Positions 1 to 13,743 of a stretch of DNA of 64,000 nt are shown piece after piece. Origin of the DNA: Camelus ferus. Its lineage: Eukaryota. A program made the position numbers and the translations under genes. Below the pieces are notes generated by a model. That model had not been told where the DNA came from and did no database searches. It saw only the letters and a program-made list of their open reading frames with translations. The stretch is taken from assembly GCF_009834535.1 (NCBI RefSeq), contig NC_045702.1, positions 15,810,001-15,874,000 of the forward strand. Direction: 5' to 3'. Positions within the stretch are counted from its first letter, which is position 1. Each line of letters opens with the position of its first letter.

Positions 1-849
1 ACTCAGGAAGACCACTGAGCTCTAACTGTGGTCTCCCTCCCGGCACCACACCTAGAAACTCTCTCAAGACGGTAAGTTGGGGTGAATGTAAGCTTCTTTC
101 TACTCATCTCTCAGTGACCCATCTCTCTGGTTGCCTAATGTCCAGTGTTGTGAAAACCCATATAGTTAACAAAATCAGAGAAACCCTATATAAATACTCC
201 TTGAAGAAGAAATTTAAGTTGTAACTTATTAATACCTCTTCAGAGTCAAATGTTTCAGTCTGATCATTTAATCTGAAATTAGCAAAAAATGTATGTCCTT
301 GAGTTTTACTTCTCCATCTCCATGACTTGAGAAGGTACATTTGAAAGGAATGACTGAACATGAAAAAAATAAAGGTTCACAAAGACAGGTGAAATGCTGA
401 AATGTCAACTCCCACGACGGAAACCAGGCATTTGACAATGGTTGCGCCTGCCTACTTGGGGACTAGCTGCCAGCACTCCCAGAGCCTCAAGGGCCTCCTT
501 AGTCCCAGGTGGCCTACAAGATGAAGCTTAATGATTCAAGTACATTCTTAACTGTACCTTTTATGGAGACATCAATGAGAATATATTTTGACAGTTACTC
601 CACTTCTATTTCATGACATTGAAGGGAACCCTGAAAGGTACTTCCATAAAATATGCGACTTGCATAAATGAATGCTTTCAACATTGAGAATTAACCTAGG
701 AGAAGATAATAAAAACTAAGACTCATTATGCAAGCCTTAATTTTTATCAAATACAACCAGAGTATTGCAGGAATCCTGAAAATGAGGCAGTCAGGCAACA
801 AAGCTCCAACATCTTGCCCATGAGAGAATTCTGGAAGGTCTACACTTAC

Positions 850-1167
850 ACTGCAGGGGTTGTTGGCCGTCTGAGCTGGGCTGTAGAAAGACCCCCACTG
901 GGTGGCTCGTCTCTCTTCTCGGGATGGGGTGCTGTTCACAGGCAGGCCAGCTGGGACCCCGGGGCCTGCAGCTGCAGCGTTGGGGGGCTGGCTGCTGGGG
1001 GCCACGAGGGCAAAAGCATCGTCCAGGAGGGAGTGCATGGTCTGGCGCGCCTCCTCGATGGACGGCTGGGGCGGGATATACTGGGAGGCCGGGAAGGGCA
1101 GGCCTGGGTACCGCCCCAGCTCAGCAGAAGACGGCGTCTGCACATCTGCTGGGAGGTCGGGATCAGA
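850..1167 (-). CDS. KIAA1549: KIAA1549 exon 16 (SDPDLPADVQTPSSAELGRYP...TANNPCS)
   Basis: cgctgtag|TCT GAT ... AGT|gtaagt; 318 nt; phase 0 to 0. Confidence 0.95.
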
Positions 1168-2413
1168 CTACAGCGGGGGACACAGCAAAGGAGAGAAGAG
1201 TCAGACGCAAGCTTCTGTGATGACTTGAAACCAAAACTCTAGGGCCAAGAGGAATTTGACGGTTTTTGCTGACACCAAGAAATATGTTTACCATTAGAAC
1301 TTTAAAAATCACAGCTGAGGAATGTCCATTACCTTTCATGGGAGCAAAATGCTTGAATCAGAAAAAATAAAAATTAAAATATTCAACAATCATGTGTCTG
1401 GCAAAACTTCAATCAACTATCTGAAATGCATCTCAGTACTTGGAAGTACACGTTTTTTATTGAAAGCCCCATCAATTCAAAATGATGTCTCAGAGTCTAC
1501 ATACTAACATATCTAGTTGACTTTCCATAGCTACAGAAATCTAAAACTAAAGCAGTCCACTGACAGTTAACACTAAGAAGAGCCCCATACACCCCCAAAA
1601 GCGTTCAAAGTCACCACCAAATTACAACTATATGTGCATAAACAATTTTAACACCTATTACGACAACTCTTTACAAACAGTAAATAGTACCAATTATTTA
1701 TTCAGAAACTATTTCTTTAAAATGGAGGTATCCCTGGATAACATGTGTCAACAAGAAAAGTTGAAATTATATTCTATACTCTCTAAGAGACAGGGATATA
1801 AGTAACAAGAGCTTTTAATATTCTTATTTCCTTATACTGCCTTATGAGCAAAACGTCGTCCCAATATACACTCAGTAAATTGTAAGAGACAAAACAAGGA
1901 ACCGATGGAAGACGCCACCTTTCTGGTCTTGGTGGCCCCAGAAGCCCAAACATGAAGGTGTGAAGCTGGGTTCCCTTGGATTCTCACTGGTCCCGTGAAT
2001 CCTGCTACGAAGGCAAAGAGCTACGGAGCCATGATCTTAGCACTTTCTGCTCTTTGATCTTCCTGCTGCCTCCTCATTTCGCAGGCAAGACTATCAGCAG
2101 CCCAGAGTCCAAGACGACATCTTGCTCATCTTCCTATGTCCCCATACCCAGCAGAGTGTTTCACGTGTAGATGGAGCTTAATCATAAATGAATAACTGTG
2201 ATCTACAGAAGTTTAAGATTTACCCAGGATCCCCAATTTGGAATTTGAAGTCCATTGTCTTGAATCAAGTTTGATGATTCTGTTATTCAGTTTATTTCCT
2301 TTGCATGGATACATGCTTACCTATCATTCCTCAGAAAATATGTGGGAACTTTTTTATCTTTAGTCATCAGAGATGATGTATTCTGGTACCTACTTTGCCA
2401 ATTTGTATTATAA

Positions 2414-2760
2414 GAGGGTGACCATACACCATGGTTGGCCCAAGACAAATCTTAGTCTATACTTGCTGTTCCAATATAATTATTTACAGCACCTCCTTTC
2501 ACCCTCCTGAGTGTCTGCCTTGGATAATAAATTATATCAGGGTTGACAAACTTCTGTAAAAGGTCAGACAGTAAATATTTTAGGCTCTGTGAGACATACA
2601 GCTACTCAACTCTGCCATCGCAGTGAGAGCAGCCATAGATAACATAAAAATGAAGGGAGTAGCTCTGTTCCAACAAAACCTTATTTACAAAAACAGACAG
2701 CAGGCTGGATTTGGCCTGAGGGCTAGTTCGCTGAGGCCTGAATTATAATAGCAACCCTAG
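2414..2760. mobile_element. Degenerate small hAT-Tip100-type (MER96-like) DNA transposon, interrupted by MER58A
   Basis: Termini AGGGTGACC ... GCAACCCTA and an internal segment resembling the recalled MER96 consensus. Confidence 0.5.
2538..2740 (+). mobile_element. MER58A-like hAT-Charlie MITE
   Basis: Starts CAGGGTTGACAAAC, ends GAGGCCTG; 8-bp TSD aattatat (2530-2537) / aattataa (2741-2748). Confidence 0.75.
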
Positions 2761-4663
2761 TTACAAGGACTCCAGGAATATTTCTTTCACCTTAGGAAAA
2801 GAGAGGTCTCAAGGAGAAGATATTTTGAGGGGAAAGCATAACATTAAAGATCGTTCAAAAACATGTATGTCTAGTATAACCTTCAAGATGAAATACTAAG
2901 AAAAGGTGAGTTCCAAAAAAAGGCATTATCTTTGAAAGTATATGTTTCAGAACTTTTAGAGAGACAAAGTAAAAAGTCCATCTGAGGAAGAATTTCTTTT
3001 TAGGGAATCTTTGAAAAATGGAGCCACTGGGGATGAAGCAGCTGGCTGAGTCATGTTCTCCAGGGAAGGGCTTCTTTCCACCAGCTGAGGGGGGAACCGC
3101 TATGATTTTTGCTAAGAAAAAAAGCAAGGAGAAAAAGGATGGTCTGGACCACCATGAAAACAGCCTGATTTAGGGTCATCGATGAAAGCAGATGGGAGAG
3201 CAAGACAGGGCATTCCGCATCCACAACTCCACGGCACTGGGTGATGGACTCCGGGACAGGGCTGCAAAATCTCCCCTGAAGGCTCCTCTCAGAGGAGGAG
3301 CCAGGGGCCAAGGAAGTGATGGGATGAGAAGGCGTGTTCCCCCTTCTTCTACTCACACAAGATCTCCAAGTCCCCACAAGGGACAAAAATGAAAGCTCCA
3401 GGGGACCATTCTGGGAAGCCCAGAGGACAGCCCTCCCCAGATCAAGACAAACACCACAGACACCCAGACAACCACCGGCCCCAAAACACAGCAGCAGCAC
3501 AAGAGCGCCATCTATTGCAAGAACTGCCAGCGATGGTCCCACCACCCTAGGAATTCATTTGCAGCGCTTAGAGAGGACTCAATTCATTCTGACCAGGAGC
3601 AAAGCAGCCTTCCAACCCTCTGGAGTCACACCGGTTTCCAGGAGCTAGTTGTGAAGGGACGGTCAGTCTTCAGAACACTAGAAACTCAGTAAGTTCCCAA
3701 GGAAGAGCCTGCCTGCCTCTTTCAGATGATCATGATTCAATTATATTTAGCCCCAGTATCAGTAAGGTATTTGGCACATTTGCGTAATTATGTTTACTGT
3801 CTCTCAATGTTAGTTATTTGCATAATTTGAGAGCTAAAATGTAAAATTCAAATCAGAAATGGCTAGTTACATAAGCTCCATCTAAAGGGATCGTGTACAT
3901 CACAGATTTTTTTCTCCAAGGATGTATCTTTTGGTAATTTCTCTCTAAACAAAGATGGCTCTCTAAGTTTGCCTCCAGAAGGAGGAAGGGGTCTTGTGCA
4001 CCAAGACAGGGCTATGCCGCAGCCCAGAGCTCAGACGCCCACTGTGCTAACGCTCTGGGGCTCCCGCTCCTCTTGGGGTGCTTCTGTGTCTGTATTTCAC
4101 AGCCCCTCGGGGAGGCTGGCCCTTTCTTCCCTGTACCGTGGGGTCTGTATGTGTCTTAGTGTGGTCAACATCTGCTTCAACACTTCAGCAACTGTGCCCC
4201 CTTTTCTTTTGAAAAAATTGCTTAATTCCTTATTTCCTAATTTCCATTAAGCTCTTTCTTCCCTAAAGTTAGAAATACATACATTAGCAAATGTAGTATC
4301 TTCTTGGCACTCCAAGAGCAGAAAGGGGGACAAACCCTAAATAGCCCTCCTACCTCCAAGAAACTCAAACAACTCATTGACAAAAAGAAGGAAAAAAAAA
4401 ACTTTCTGGACATTTCTCTGTTTTCCAGTTAACCTCAAGAAGTGCCCATTCTGAAGCCTGAGAAGACAGAGCTTACACAAAGGAAGAGGAAACACTGAGT
4501 GTGTTTCCAGAGGGCTCACCCAGCAGCCTCCCGGTCTCTATGACCGGAGTCTCTCCTTCAAGGAGCGGCCCGCCCTCTCCCCCACCCACATGCCTTACAA
4601 CCCAGCTAGCCCTGGAGCACCAACACTGGGCAGCAGCCACCCCACCCTGATTCCATCACGCAC

Positions 4664-4817
4664 CGGGCAACCAATATAGGCAGAGTTGTGGACCCCAGGG
4701 GGCCTTTTGTATGTGCCCTCGCTGTCGGTGGTGATAAGTCTGTCCTTCTCAGCATCTCCAGGGCAGCCGTTGACCTGGTGTTTCCGGCGTGGCTTAGGAG
4801 AACGTTTTATTCTGGAG
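4664..4817 (-). CDS. KIAA1549: KIAA1549 exon 15 (SSRIKRSPKPRRKHQVNGCP...HNSAYIGCP)
   Basis: ctcctggcag|C TCC ... CCG|gtgcgt; 154 nt; phase 2 to 0. Confidence 0.95.
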
Positions 4818-5609
4818 CTGCCAGGAGACAAAGATGTTATCCTCAGAGGAAAGAAACCTTCTGGCCGCTGGCTCATCAACTAAACGCTAAGTATTTTCTG
4901 AGCCCTGAGGATCTGCTGGATCTGCTGTATTAAACTCCTCACAGGATGTAAACAATGTGTAAGACACATTCTGCGCTAAGAAAGCTGACAGTCTACCTGG
5001 GCAGACTATACTAAACACATGGAACAAGAGAGAGAAACATGTGACAATACACTCATGACATTATTTAGCCATACAGACACTCAGAAAAGGGTGAGGTCCA
5101 TGTGGGTACTGGTATCATCTCTGGCCACCTGGGGCCTGACTGGGTCTTGAAGAGCCAGTAGGATCTGCAGACCCAGAGGGAAGTGTGAAGAGGGTGTGAG
5201 GTGCAGGCAAGACTGTGCCAGGGACCAGAAACAGGAATGCAGACACATGTTTGGAGAGGTGGGGGAATAGCTGGCATGTATGTGTGACAGGAGCACAGGG
5301 GCCACCCGGCGGGCAACCCAAGCCATTTCAGGCGTTGAGCAGAGCAACACAATAAATGAGAGCTGATCTTCCCAAAAATGCATCCGCATTAGGGGGCAGG
5401 GGTCTGGGAGACCAAGGGGCTGGGACTCTGCGGGTGGCTACGGGAAAGAAATGAGAATCCACCAGAGGACCCACTGACCACGCAGAGGCGGCTGGAGACC
5501 CGGGTGGTGAGAGAGGGATGGGGGAGGAAGGCAGGAGGCAGCGTCTGGGAGGGGAGGGGCCTGGCAGTTCAGAATGCTGAACCCCAGGAGACACTCAACC
5601 CAGGGACGT

Positions 5610-6240
5610 GCTCCCAGGCATGCCGGGGTGCAGGCGGAGTGAACGCAGCCTTCCACACACGGTGACCGAGCGGGCTCGGGCTGCCCAGCAGCCCACGCCG
5701 CCCGCAGCCGTTCCCGGAGACTTCCGCCTGAAAGATGGCCGGGCCCTGGTCCCCCGCCCGCAGGGGCCTTTGGCCCCGCTCGGGCCCCCACCTCTTCCTG
5801 GGCTCTATGAACACGGAGGGCACGCTGGCCGTGGGGTCCAGGATCTTGTCGATCTGCATCTGCGCGCGGCGGTACACGCGGTGCCGCTCCCGCGTGTCGC
5901 CCGAGGACAGCTCGTCCACCACCGGGAACTCGTAGTGCCCGCGGCGCTTGGCGCGGAGCCGGATCTTGTTCCGGTGATGCTCGATCTCCGACTTGTGCCG
6001 CAGCGCCGTCTGAATCTGAAAGACAGGACACCCAAATGTCCTGCGGGCTTCTGGGCCCTGCGCTCAGACAGCATTCTGGGGAGGCCTTCCTGCCACTCTC
6101 CTTCCCCCTGAAAGGCTGTCCGAGGCTCCCAAGAGGCCGCCAAGGGTGGCGCAGGCACGCCCACCCCGCCGGGGCACAGAACCTGCCATCGCCCAAGAGT
6201 GGGGGATGTCGGGGGGGAAGCCTGGTATCGGCCCCCAAAC
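5610..6240. other. CpG-rich, GC-rich intragenic segment over exon 14 and flanks
   Basis: Visibly dense CG dinucleotides in a CpG-depleted background; ratio not computed. Confidence 0.55.
5792..6015 (-). CDS. KIAA1549: KIAA1549 exon 14 (IQTALRHKSEIEHHRNKIRLRAKRRGHYEFP...FIEPRK)
   Basis: gtctttcag|ATT CAG ... AAG AG|gtgggg; 224 nt; phase 0 to 2. Confidence 0.95.
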
Positions 6241-7821
6241 GTGGCGAGAAGATTCAAACCTGGGAAATCTGCCGGTGACAACTAGATATAATACGCCCCG
6301 AGAAAAGAGTAAATATTTTTCAATAGTATTATTACTTTAGAGATTTTTAAATTAAGACAGATTCAAAGGAGACCTTTGCATTATACAATAAAATACCCAT
6401 TTACTGATGATTTAGCTCCCTGACAGGAGACCCCTCTCCTCAAAGAGGAAAATCCACATGTGTTGGAAACACATGGTCACTGGCTACATGGGGCCTGATC
6501 AAGGTCTCAAAAAGTGAGTTGGAATCTGGGAGGGAAGCAGAAAGAGGGTGTGGGGTGCAGGCACTCCCATGCTGTGGACCGGAACAGGGTGGAGGTCTGG
6601 GGGACCAGGCCCCGCAGGAAGCGGCAGCCCTGCTGGTGGGCTGTGGTGTATGTAGTGCAGGCCAGGAGGAGCGTCCCCTTGTTTTGTAAGCACTTAGCCC
6701 TGCTTCAGAGGACTTACCAGCAAGCGAGATGGAGACAGAGGGAGAAAAGGGAAACCAAGCTGGGAAGCTGACTGGGAGGAGAGAGCAGGACCAGGATAAG
6801 GGGGAACATTCCTGGCCATGCCACAGTGGACCAAAGCCACGTACTCTGAGGCTGTGCGAGGAGAGTCAGCTGGATGAGATTCATGACAAGTTCCCAGCAG
6901 GAGAGTTCAGGAAGCCCCTCTCACTCTATCAGGATCTAACGGGTTTTTTTAAATATATGAGGTCCTCACTAGAGGACCAAGGTGTGCTGGGAATCTGCAC
7001 CAGCACCTCCTACTAAGAAAACATTTCAGTTTAAATGTATGGAGCATACAGGCAGGCGCACCAGTATTGATAATGCTCTTGTTCTTATATTGGGCTTTTA
7101 TTACTAGGATTTATAATCAATATATATATATTACCTATGGCCATACGTATGCATCTAATACATTTTTAAAAGACAGTAAAAGAAAAAAGTGGAGATGGAT
7201 GCTATCCAGTTGTGAGGACAGATGGATAACCCACTCCAGGGTGCTTACTCATGGCGGTGTGAGGCACACCCAACACAAGACTGATGGAGACCCATCCAGG
7301 CCAGGATGGGGGACACGCAGGGGCAGGGCTCCTGAGCATTGGTGAGAAGGGACAGCAAACGCCATCTTGAACTTATGGCACACTGTCTTGTGGTCACGTC
7401 CTTGGCAAGGAGCCAATGAGGTGCGGAAAGGAGAAACTGTAAGAACTCTTGATTAAACTTCTATATGATCCACTTTAAGGAGCACCTTGAAAGTGGGGAG
7501 GGGGATTCAGCTGCACCGATTTCTTATCACTTCAACCTGGCAGAACTCACAACAGCAGCGGCTATTTCTTCGAGGCAGGAAATGGGCAGGGCACTGCCAT
7601 ATGCGCAGCCCTAAATGGCATTCACTCCACTCATGGTCCAGCCTGGTCAAATCTCTCAAGTTCAAGTTAACAGGGACCTGACCTGGCCTTCTGGTTCCCA
7701 AAATCTAAGGAGAAAAGCAGATCTAACTCAGTCTTCCAGGAGTCACTGGAACAAGGTGTTTTACCAAGAATTATCTAGATCACTGGGGCCAGAGCAGATC
7801 TATCAGGATCACAATATCAAC

Positions 7822-8308
7822 TGTGGTCCCATAATTACCCCAAGTTCAGTGATTCACTGAACTCTCAGGACTCAGCACTGAGTCCAATTTATTACAGCAA
7901 AAGGATACAAAGTAAAAGCAGAGGAGAAGGGCACACAGAGTGAGGTCTAGCGGAAGCAGGCACAGCTCCTCTCCCAGTGGAGTCACGCAGGATGAGCTTC
8001 ATTCCTCCAGCAACAAGTTGTGACAACATGTGTGACATGTCTACCAGGGAAGCTCATTAGAGACTCAATGCCCAGGATCTTTATTGGAGGCTGGCCACGC
8101 AGGCACCCTCTGCCCAGCATGTACCAAGCCCAGACTCCCAGAAGGAAAGCAGATGGTCCGCATAAATCATACTGTTTGCACCAACAGTTGAGGCACAACG
8201 AGCCACTATGTTCTGGCAATGTTTCTAAAAGCCAAGTTCCCAAACCCCAGCCATGGGCTAAAGTGGGACTTTCTAAGGACAGCCGTGTCCTAGATGTCTA
8301 TCCTGCAC
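7822..8308 (-). mobile_element. MER21-like ERVL solo LTR
   Basis: Recalled MER21 motifs: tttattacagcaaaaggataca, ctctcccagtggagtc, ccagggaagctca, ctttctaaggacagc. Confidence 0.65.
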
Positions 8309-8518
8309 CCCCGCCAGCACACCTACTAGCATCCCTGAACAGCATCTGATCTCAAAACACTGAGGATCAATCATATCTAAAATTAAGAACACTCATCAGC
8401 AGCTCATATCTTTCGCTACCTTGTGACACTGTAAGTCTCCCACATTTTTAAGCACTGACCAAATCAGAATGTGAGCGTTTTTTAAAAAATTAATGTACTT
8501 TTCAATAAAACCAAATAC

Positions 8519-8721
8519 CTCTTTGTTAATTTTGTTGGTTTCTGCCACCCGGTCGGCCAGTATGGGGTGTGGAACTGGAGGTGCTGGGATGGGCTGCATG
8601 GCGATCAGCTGGATCTTACTGGGGACCCGCCGACTGGCCTCCGAGGAGCGGGAGATCCTGTCCACATGCTCAAAGATGGAGGCTGATGAGTGCTGCTCAT
8701 TCCCCGAGCTGGGTGGTGCCC
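8519..8721 (-). CDS. KIAA1549: KIAA1549 exon 13 (GAPPSSGNEQHSSASIFEHVDRISR...ETNKINKE)
   Basis: ctgttgcag|GG GCA ... GAG|gtattt; 203 nt; phase 1 to 0. Confidence 0.93.
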
Positions 8722-11700
8722 CTGCAACAGAGGGGAAAGCAAAATAAATAAAATCATCCTAAGGAAACAGCCAATAATCAAACTCTTGGATTATTTCTTA
8801 AAGACTCCTCAGATGGGCCCCTGATCAAAAAAACACATCCCCACTCTGTGGCAGAGAACCTGAAATGTCACTAGTTTGAGGTTAAATTGTCTAGGTTAAA
8901 TAGTGCCTCCTACAGCCTCATTAAAAATTACAAATACCCTTAGGGAAGACATAAAAAATCTTTATGATGCTTTATGCCCCCAATGGCCCCTGTTTTGTCT
9001 AAAGATGTTCTTCAGTAAGGCAGGGTGTTACGGAAAGGAGGAGACTGTAGTGGGCTAGTAGCAATTTACAGAGCTTTGAGGACAATATTTACAGCAGCTC
9101 TGAACTTCCACACTCATTTGGAGTGGTATCAATTTTGTTGCCAAGGCAATTACACTGTTGAAAAAACAAAAGCCAAGGGGACTGTGACTGTGGGCATGCA
9201 GGCATGTTCTGCTGAACGATGAACACTGCTGGCTTTTCAGTTCTGATGTAGAAAGAAAATTAAGTTGAAGAGTCAGGAGAAGAAAAAGTTGCTGCTTGTC
9301 GGAACTAGTTCCCCCTTTAAAAAGAGATGAAGGGAACACTGAAAAAATGGATAAAAGGGCAAATTGTATGGTATGCATGTTTTAGCACAATGAATTGTTT
9401 TTAAGTAATCAGAATTGCAAAGAAGGATAAAAATGAAAATGGGTAGAGAAAAGATAAAAAACACTCTAAAATGTTAACAGAGACTCGACCTTGGTACAGT
9501 TTTCTCTAATTGCTTGTATTTTCTGTAATGAGGGTTTTCCCCAATCAGTATTACTTTTATAATAGAAATAATCCTAATAAACTTTAATTTTAAAAGGCAG
9601 GGAGAAAGAGAGATGAAGAGGGATTGAATGGATGGAAAGCGCTCTCTAGTTAGATGCCCTAAGATCACTGATGCCCTCTCTCTAAGCCACAGGTTACCTC
9701 CAGACAGCATTGCTTGAAAATAAATAGCCAACAGGCCAAGAGAAGGGTTTCTGCGAGCATGCCAAAAACTGCTTCTAAACAAAAGCCTCAGGCATAGGTG
9801 AAAAATACAGAGGTTTCCTTGCTGTGTAAAAAGTGTTGCACAAAGCAATGAGTAGTAGTTGATATTTTACATAAGGAATGCACATCAGTGGTACATGTAA
9901 GTCTCTGTTTTTCCTCTCAATCTGAATTATAGTCATTTGTTACGCCAAGCTATTAGAAATCATGTCTATAACTCTATGAACGAAGGACTCTCTCCTAGCG
10001 AGGAGTTTTGTCTGGATTCGGGCTATTCTCAGGCCTTCTTGCCCTGCCTGAAGGGAGCCTGACTATTTGCATAACACAAGCACAGCCAGATACCACCATT
10101 TATCCCTCAGCAATGACTCAAATTGCAGGCACAATGCCTAAAAGGAGATGATTAGCTTTACCAGATAAGGCTAGCTTCGCTAACCCGAACTTACAAAGCA
10201 AATGCCCCAAAGGGTGGCCCATTAAGCTACAGACACCCATTGGTGAGACTGCTTTCCTCCAGAATGATAAAAAGACCAGGGTGCAAAGGTGAAGGAGGAA
10301 GAAAGGCCCCTCCCCACCGTGCTGTCCACCTGCCTGGGTCCCACAGAAGGAGCTGTGGGCGCGGGACTGACTCCGGTCCACGCCCCATCCCCCAAACTGG
10401 ACCCTCACTCTGTAATTCACCAGCTGAAACTGGAGAAACAGGGATGCACAGAAAACCCTCAAGCTTCCATACTGCCTGGACCCCAACCCTTCAAGAAGGC
10501 TGAAAAGGAGCCTATTATTTGTCATATGCATGTATTACATACACATAAATACACGCATCTCTAGATCTAGGTCTACTGGATTATTATAAACATGTTACAT
10601 ATATGAACATTGGGTTATTTCTATTGTTTGCTATACATAGCACAATTTTTTAAAAACTACCTGGATAATAATGACCAATGGAAAGTACAAGTTTCCAGAG
10701 ACCGATGCTATGTGAATCCTGCCTGAAGGCAAGCAGGGAATTTGGATTCAAGTCCTTTCTCTTCAAATATTATAAAGCAAAAAAAAAAAAAAGTAATGAT
10801 AGAAATTACAGTATAGGATAATGTCCACAAAGCAGATGACACAGGAAAAGGCAATTTGAATTACTGAATGCTGAAGCAATCGAACATTTTTAAAGAAACA
10901 TTAATTCCATTATCTATAGGTAAACACACTGAACTGCATTATTATAACGCCTGTGACCCACAGTCATATCCCATGAGGCGGGGATCACATTGGCTCTTCT
11001 TCAACCTGTCCCAGCAGCTAACCCATCACAGGCACTTAGTAAACATTTGCCAAATGGATGACTAAATGACTAGTCACCTCAACTAAGTTCATAAAATCCT
11101 ACCTGGAGGAGGCCTCTGGGAATGTGCCATACTGAAAAGGGGAGAATTACAATCTATGGTCTCAGTCATGTTATAAATGAGTGCTCCACAATCACTTGAA
11201 AAACTCTGATGTTATGTGTAGTCGAAATAGCCAAACTGCAATCTCACTAAAAATTTAATTTGCTTTGCAAAACTCTTTAGCACATGCAAAAGTAAATGTC
11301 AGCTTAGTTCCTATGCGAGATTCTAGAATCTGGACTTGCTGAATTCAAATTAATGAGGTTCTAGTTACTTAAAAATCACAGCCTTGCACACAGGCAGCCT
11401 ACGGAGAGCGTGAAGGAAAGACTCAGCATTCCCCATCCTTACCCTGTGCAATTTATTCCTGATGACGAAGGGGAGAGAGAGAAAACTACAGCCATGCCGG
11501 GCTGAGACACGGCACCGGCAGCACAAACAGCCTGAAGGTCACTGCCTTCGCTCAAGGAAGATGTGTTACCCCCAGCCTCAGATCTCTTCACTACTTTGCA
11601 AAGGGGGAGCAGTGGTAACGATGTGACATTTTCTAAAACTGCAGTAACTGAGAACACAGTGACATTGAACTCAGAGTAAACCATCCCAGGAGGGTCTCGA

Positions 11701-13743
11701 CGGTCAGAAAGGTTTGCATTGTGATCTAGCCACTTCCCAGAAATGGTCAGCTGGCAAGGGAACAAAGCACAGCCTTGAACTGACCCAAAACCAAAACAAT
11801 GGTCTTTTCCCAGTTTCCACTGCAAGATGGGCCTGGATGACGTGTGACAGCCGTTGAAAGCCTAGCCAAGGAGTCTAACAGGACCCAGCAGCCGTGCCAC
11901 CCACTGGAGTGAGCGGGGACACTGGTCCCAGGGCAGCACGGAGGGGCTCAGAATGGCTCTCAAGCAACCTTCTGCCGCTCCTAATTTGTATTTCATTATA
12001 TATGCAACACAGGATGGATTTTTGTGTGAATCACAAAATAATTTAAAAGCTATGAATAAAAATTCCAAATCTTTTTTATGGGGTATTTAATTAACTAAGT
12101 TCTATGCAAGCAATAAACTGCCTTTACGGCAGCATTAAAACTTTAAAGAAGTAATTAAAAGTTTTACGAGTGAATTGATACCTGTAGTGAGAAGATCATC
12201 TTTCTAAAGCAAGAAAAGAATGTACAAATGCTGGTGTGTCTTCAAATCAAAGTAGCAGCTCCTGCACTCCCAGTGCCCACAAAGTCACCCAGCGCCCTCG
12301 TCTCCTTCCACAGCCAACTCTGAGTCCCAACACTGACATGCTTACCACTTGGATTTTGAATATATGCTGAGAGTGATATTTGATTTTTGTTAGCTGTGTA
12401 GAATAGACTGGTTCTAATACTGTCAGTAAAGAATTAAATGCAGGAACTAAGAGCAAGATTTTCTCAGATATGCAATTAACAGAAATTGAGAAACTCCAGG
12501 GCTGATTCTTTTTTTTTTTTTTTTTACCAAATATTTCTGTCCCATGATCAAAATTAAGATTTTAACCCTGTCTATCTGAAACAGTGCACCTGTTACCACG
12601 GTGCTAAACAATTTTTAAGAGTCTATGAAATTAGATCCAAAGAAAAAAATTCTTCCCTTATTTTAAGGGCTTTTTTTTTTAACATCAAAAAAGAAACAAC
12701 TGGAAGGAACTGGAAGGAATCTCAAAAACCAGCTAGTTTAGTACCATAGGAGCCCTAAAGAGTAAGGGACATACAAGGTCACAAACAGGACAGTGAAGAA
12801 CAGGCCCTTTGGCTTCCATCCAGAATGATTCATTTATAGAATATGGTTCACTCTGTACTGCATTTTCATACAGAGAAATCTGTGATGAAAAGTGCAAGTA
12901 TAAAAACTGCTATTAAAGTAAATGTCAACTAAACAATAAATATTAAAAATACTCAAAAATTACTATTAAAATGATATCCTAAGGCATCTCAATTTTCTTT
13001 GCAGTATTAAAACATAACCTTGAAATATAAATAAAGCTCCATCAAGCACAAGGGCTGTCCTAGCATCCTTATTTAACAGAATCTAATAAACTAAAACCAA
13101 GCTACCTTGTCATCAGGCCAACAAATGCTCCAAATCTAGTAAGACCTAGGGGCTTAATTCGACTGCAGGACATGAGGTTTACGACAATGCTGCTTAGGAG
13201 GGGAGTGAGGTTCATTTCATACCCAGCCTAAGAAGCTATGGCATCTGAAAACATATGCCAATAGGCTAAACCATCTGAGCACATCGACCCAGTGCTGCAC
13301 GACAGATCTAGGGCCAGGACCAAACACAGTGCACCTGGACCCATGACAAATAATCAACTCCCGGACAGTGACAGCTGTGAAGCACTTGAATGGGCTCCCA
13401 AGGTCACTGAATCCTGGGGGGAGTTTTTGAGACTCTGGTTTTAGTTCGATTCCTCCTTGTCTTTCAGAGAGGAAAACCATCAGGACCCTAACCTAGAACA
13501 CACACCGCAGTGAATCTCGAACCTCCGCACGGCCCCCCGCCTCAACGCAGACACCAGTACAGCGTCAGACGGTGACAGCTGATGCTGAGGACCTCACCAC
13601 ACGAGCAGTGAACATACACATGCACAGGTTTTGTTGTTGTTGTTCTTTTTCCAATGCTCAGCCTCTGAAGTAGCATAAAGCCCTAGCCTATTGGAACCTC
13701 ATGATTATTACTTTTCAAGTGGAGAACAAGAAGAGTCACAGAC

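Noticed and set aside
814-1242. Three overlapping plus-strand ORFs, and similar ones at 5608-6111 and 43076-43636
   Set aside because: Antisense shadows of GC-rich coding exons, with no splice or homology support.
9055-9460. Long minus-strand pyrimidine tracts with AG acceptors (e.g. tttttaaag|GGGGAACT, phase-compatible with exon 12) as a microexon
   Set aside because: No convincing GT donor follows at a suitable distance.
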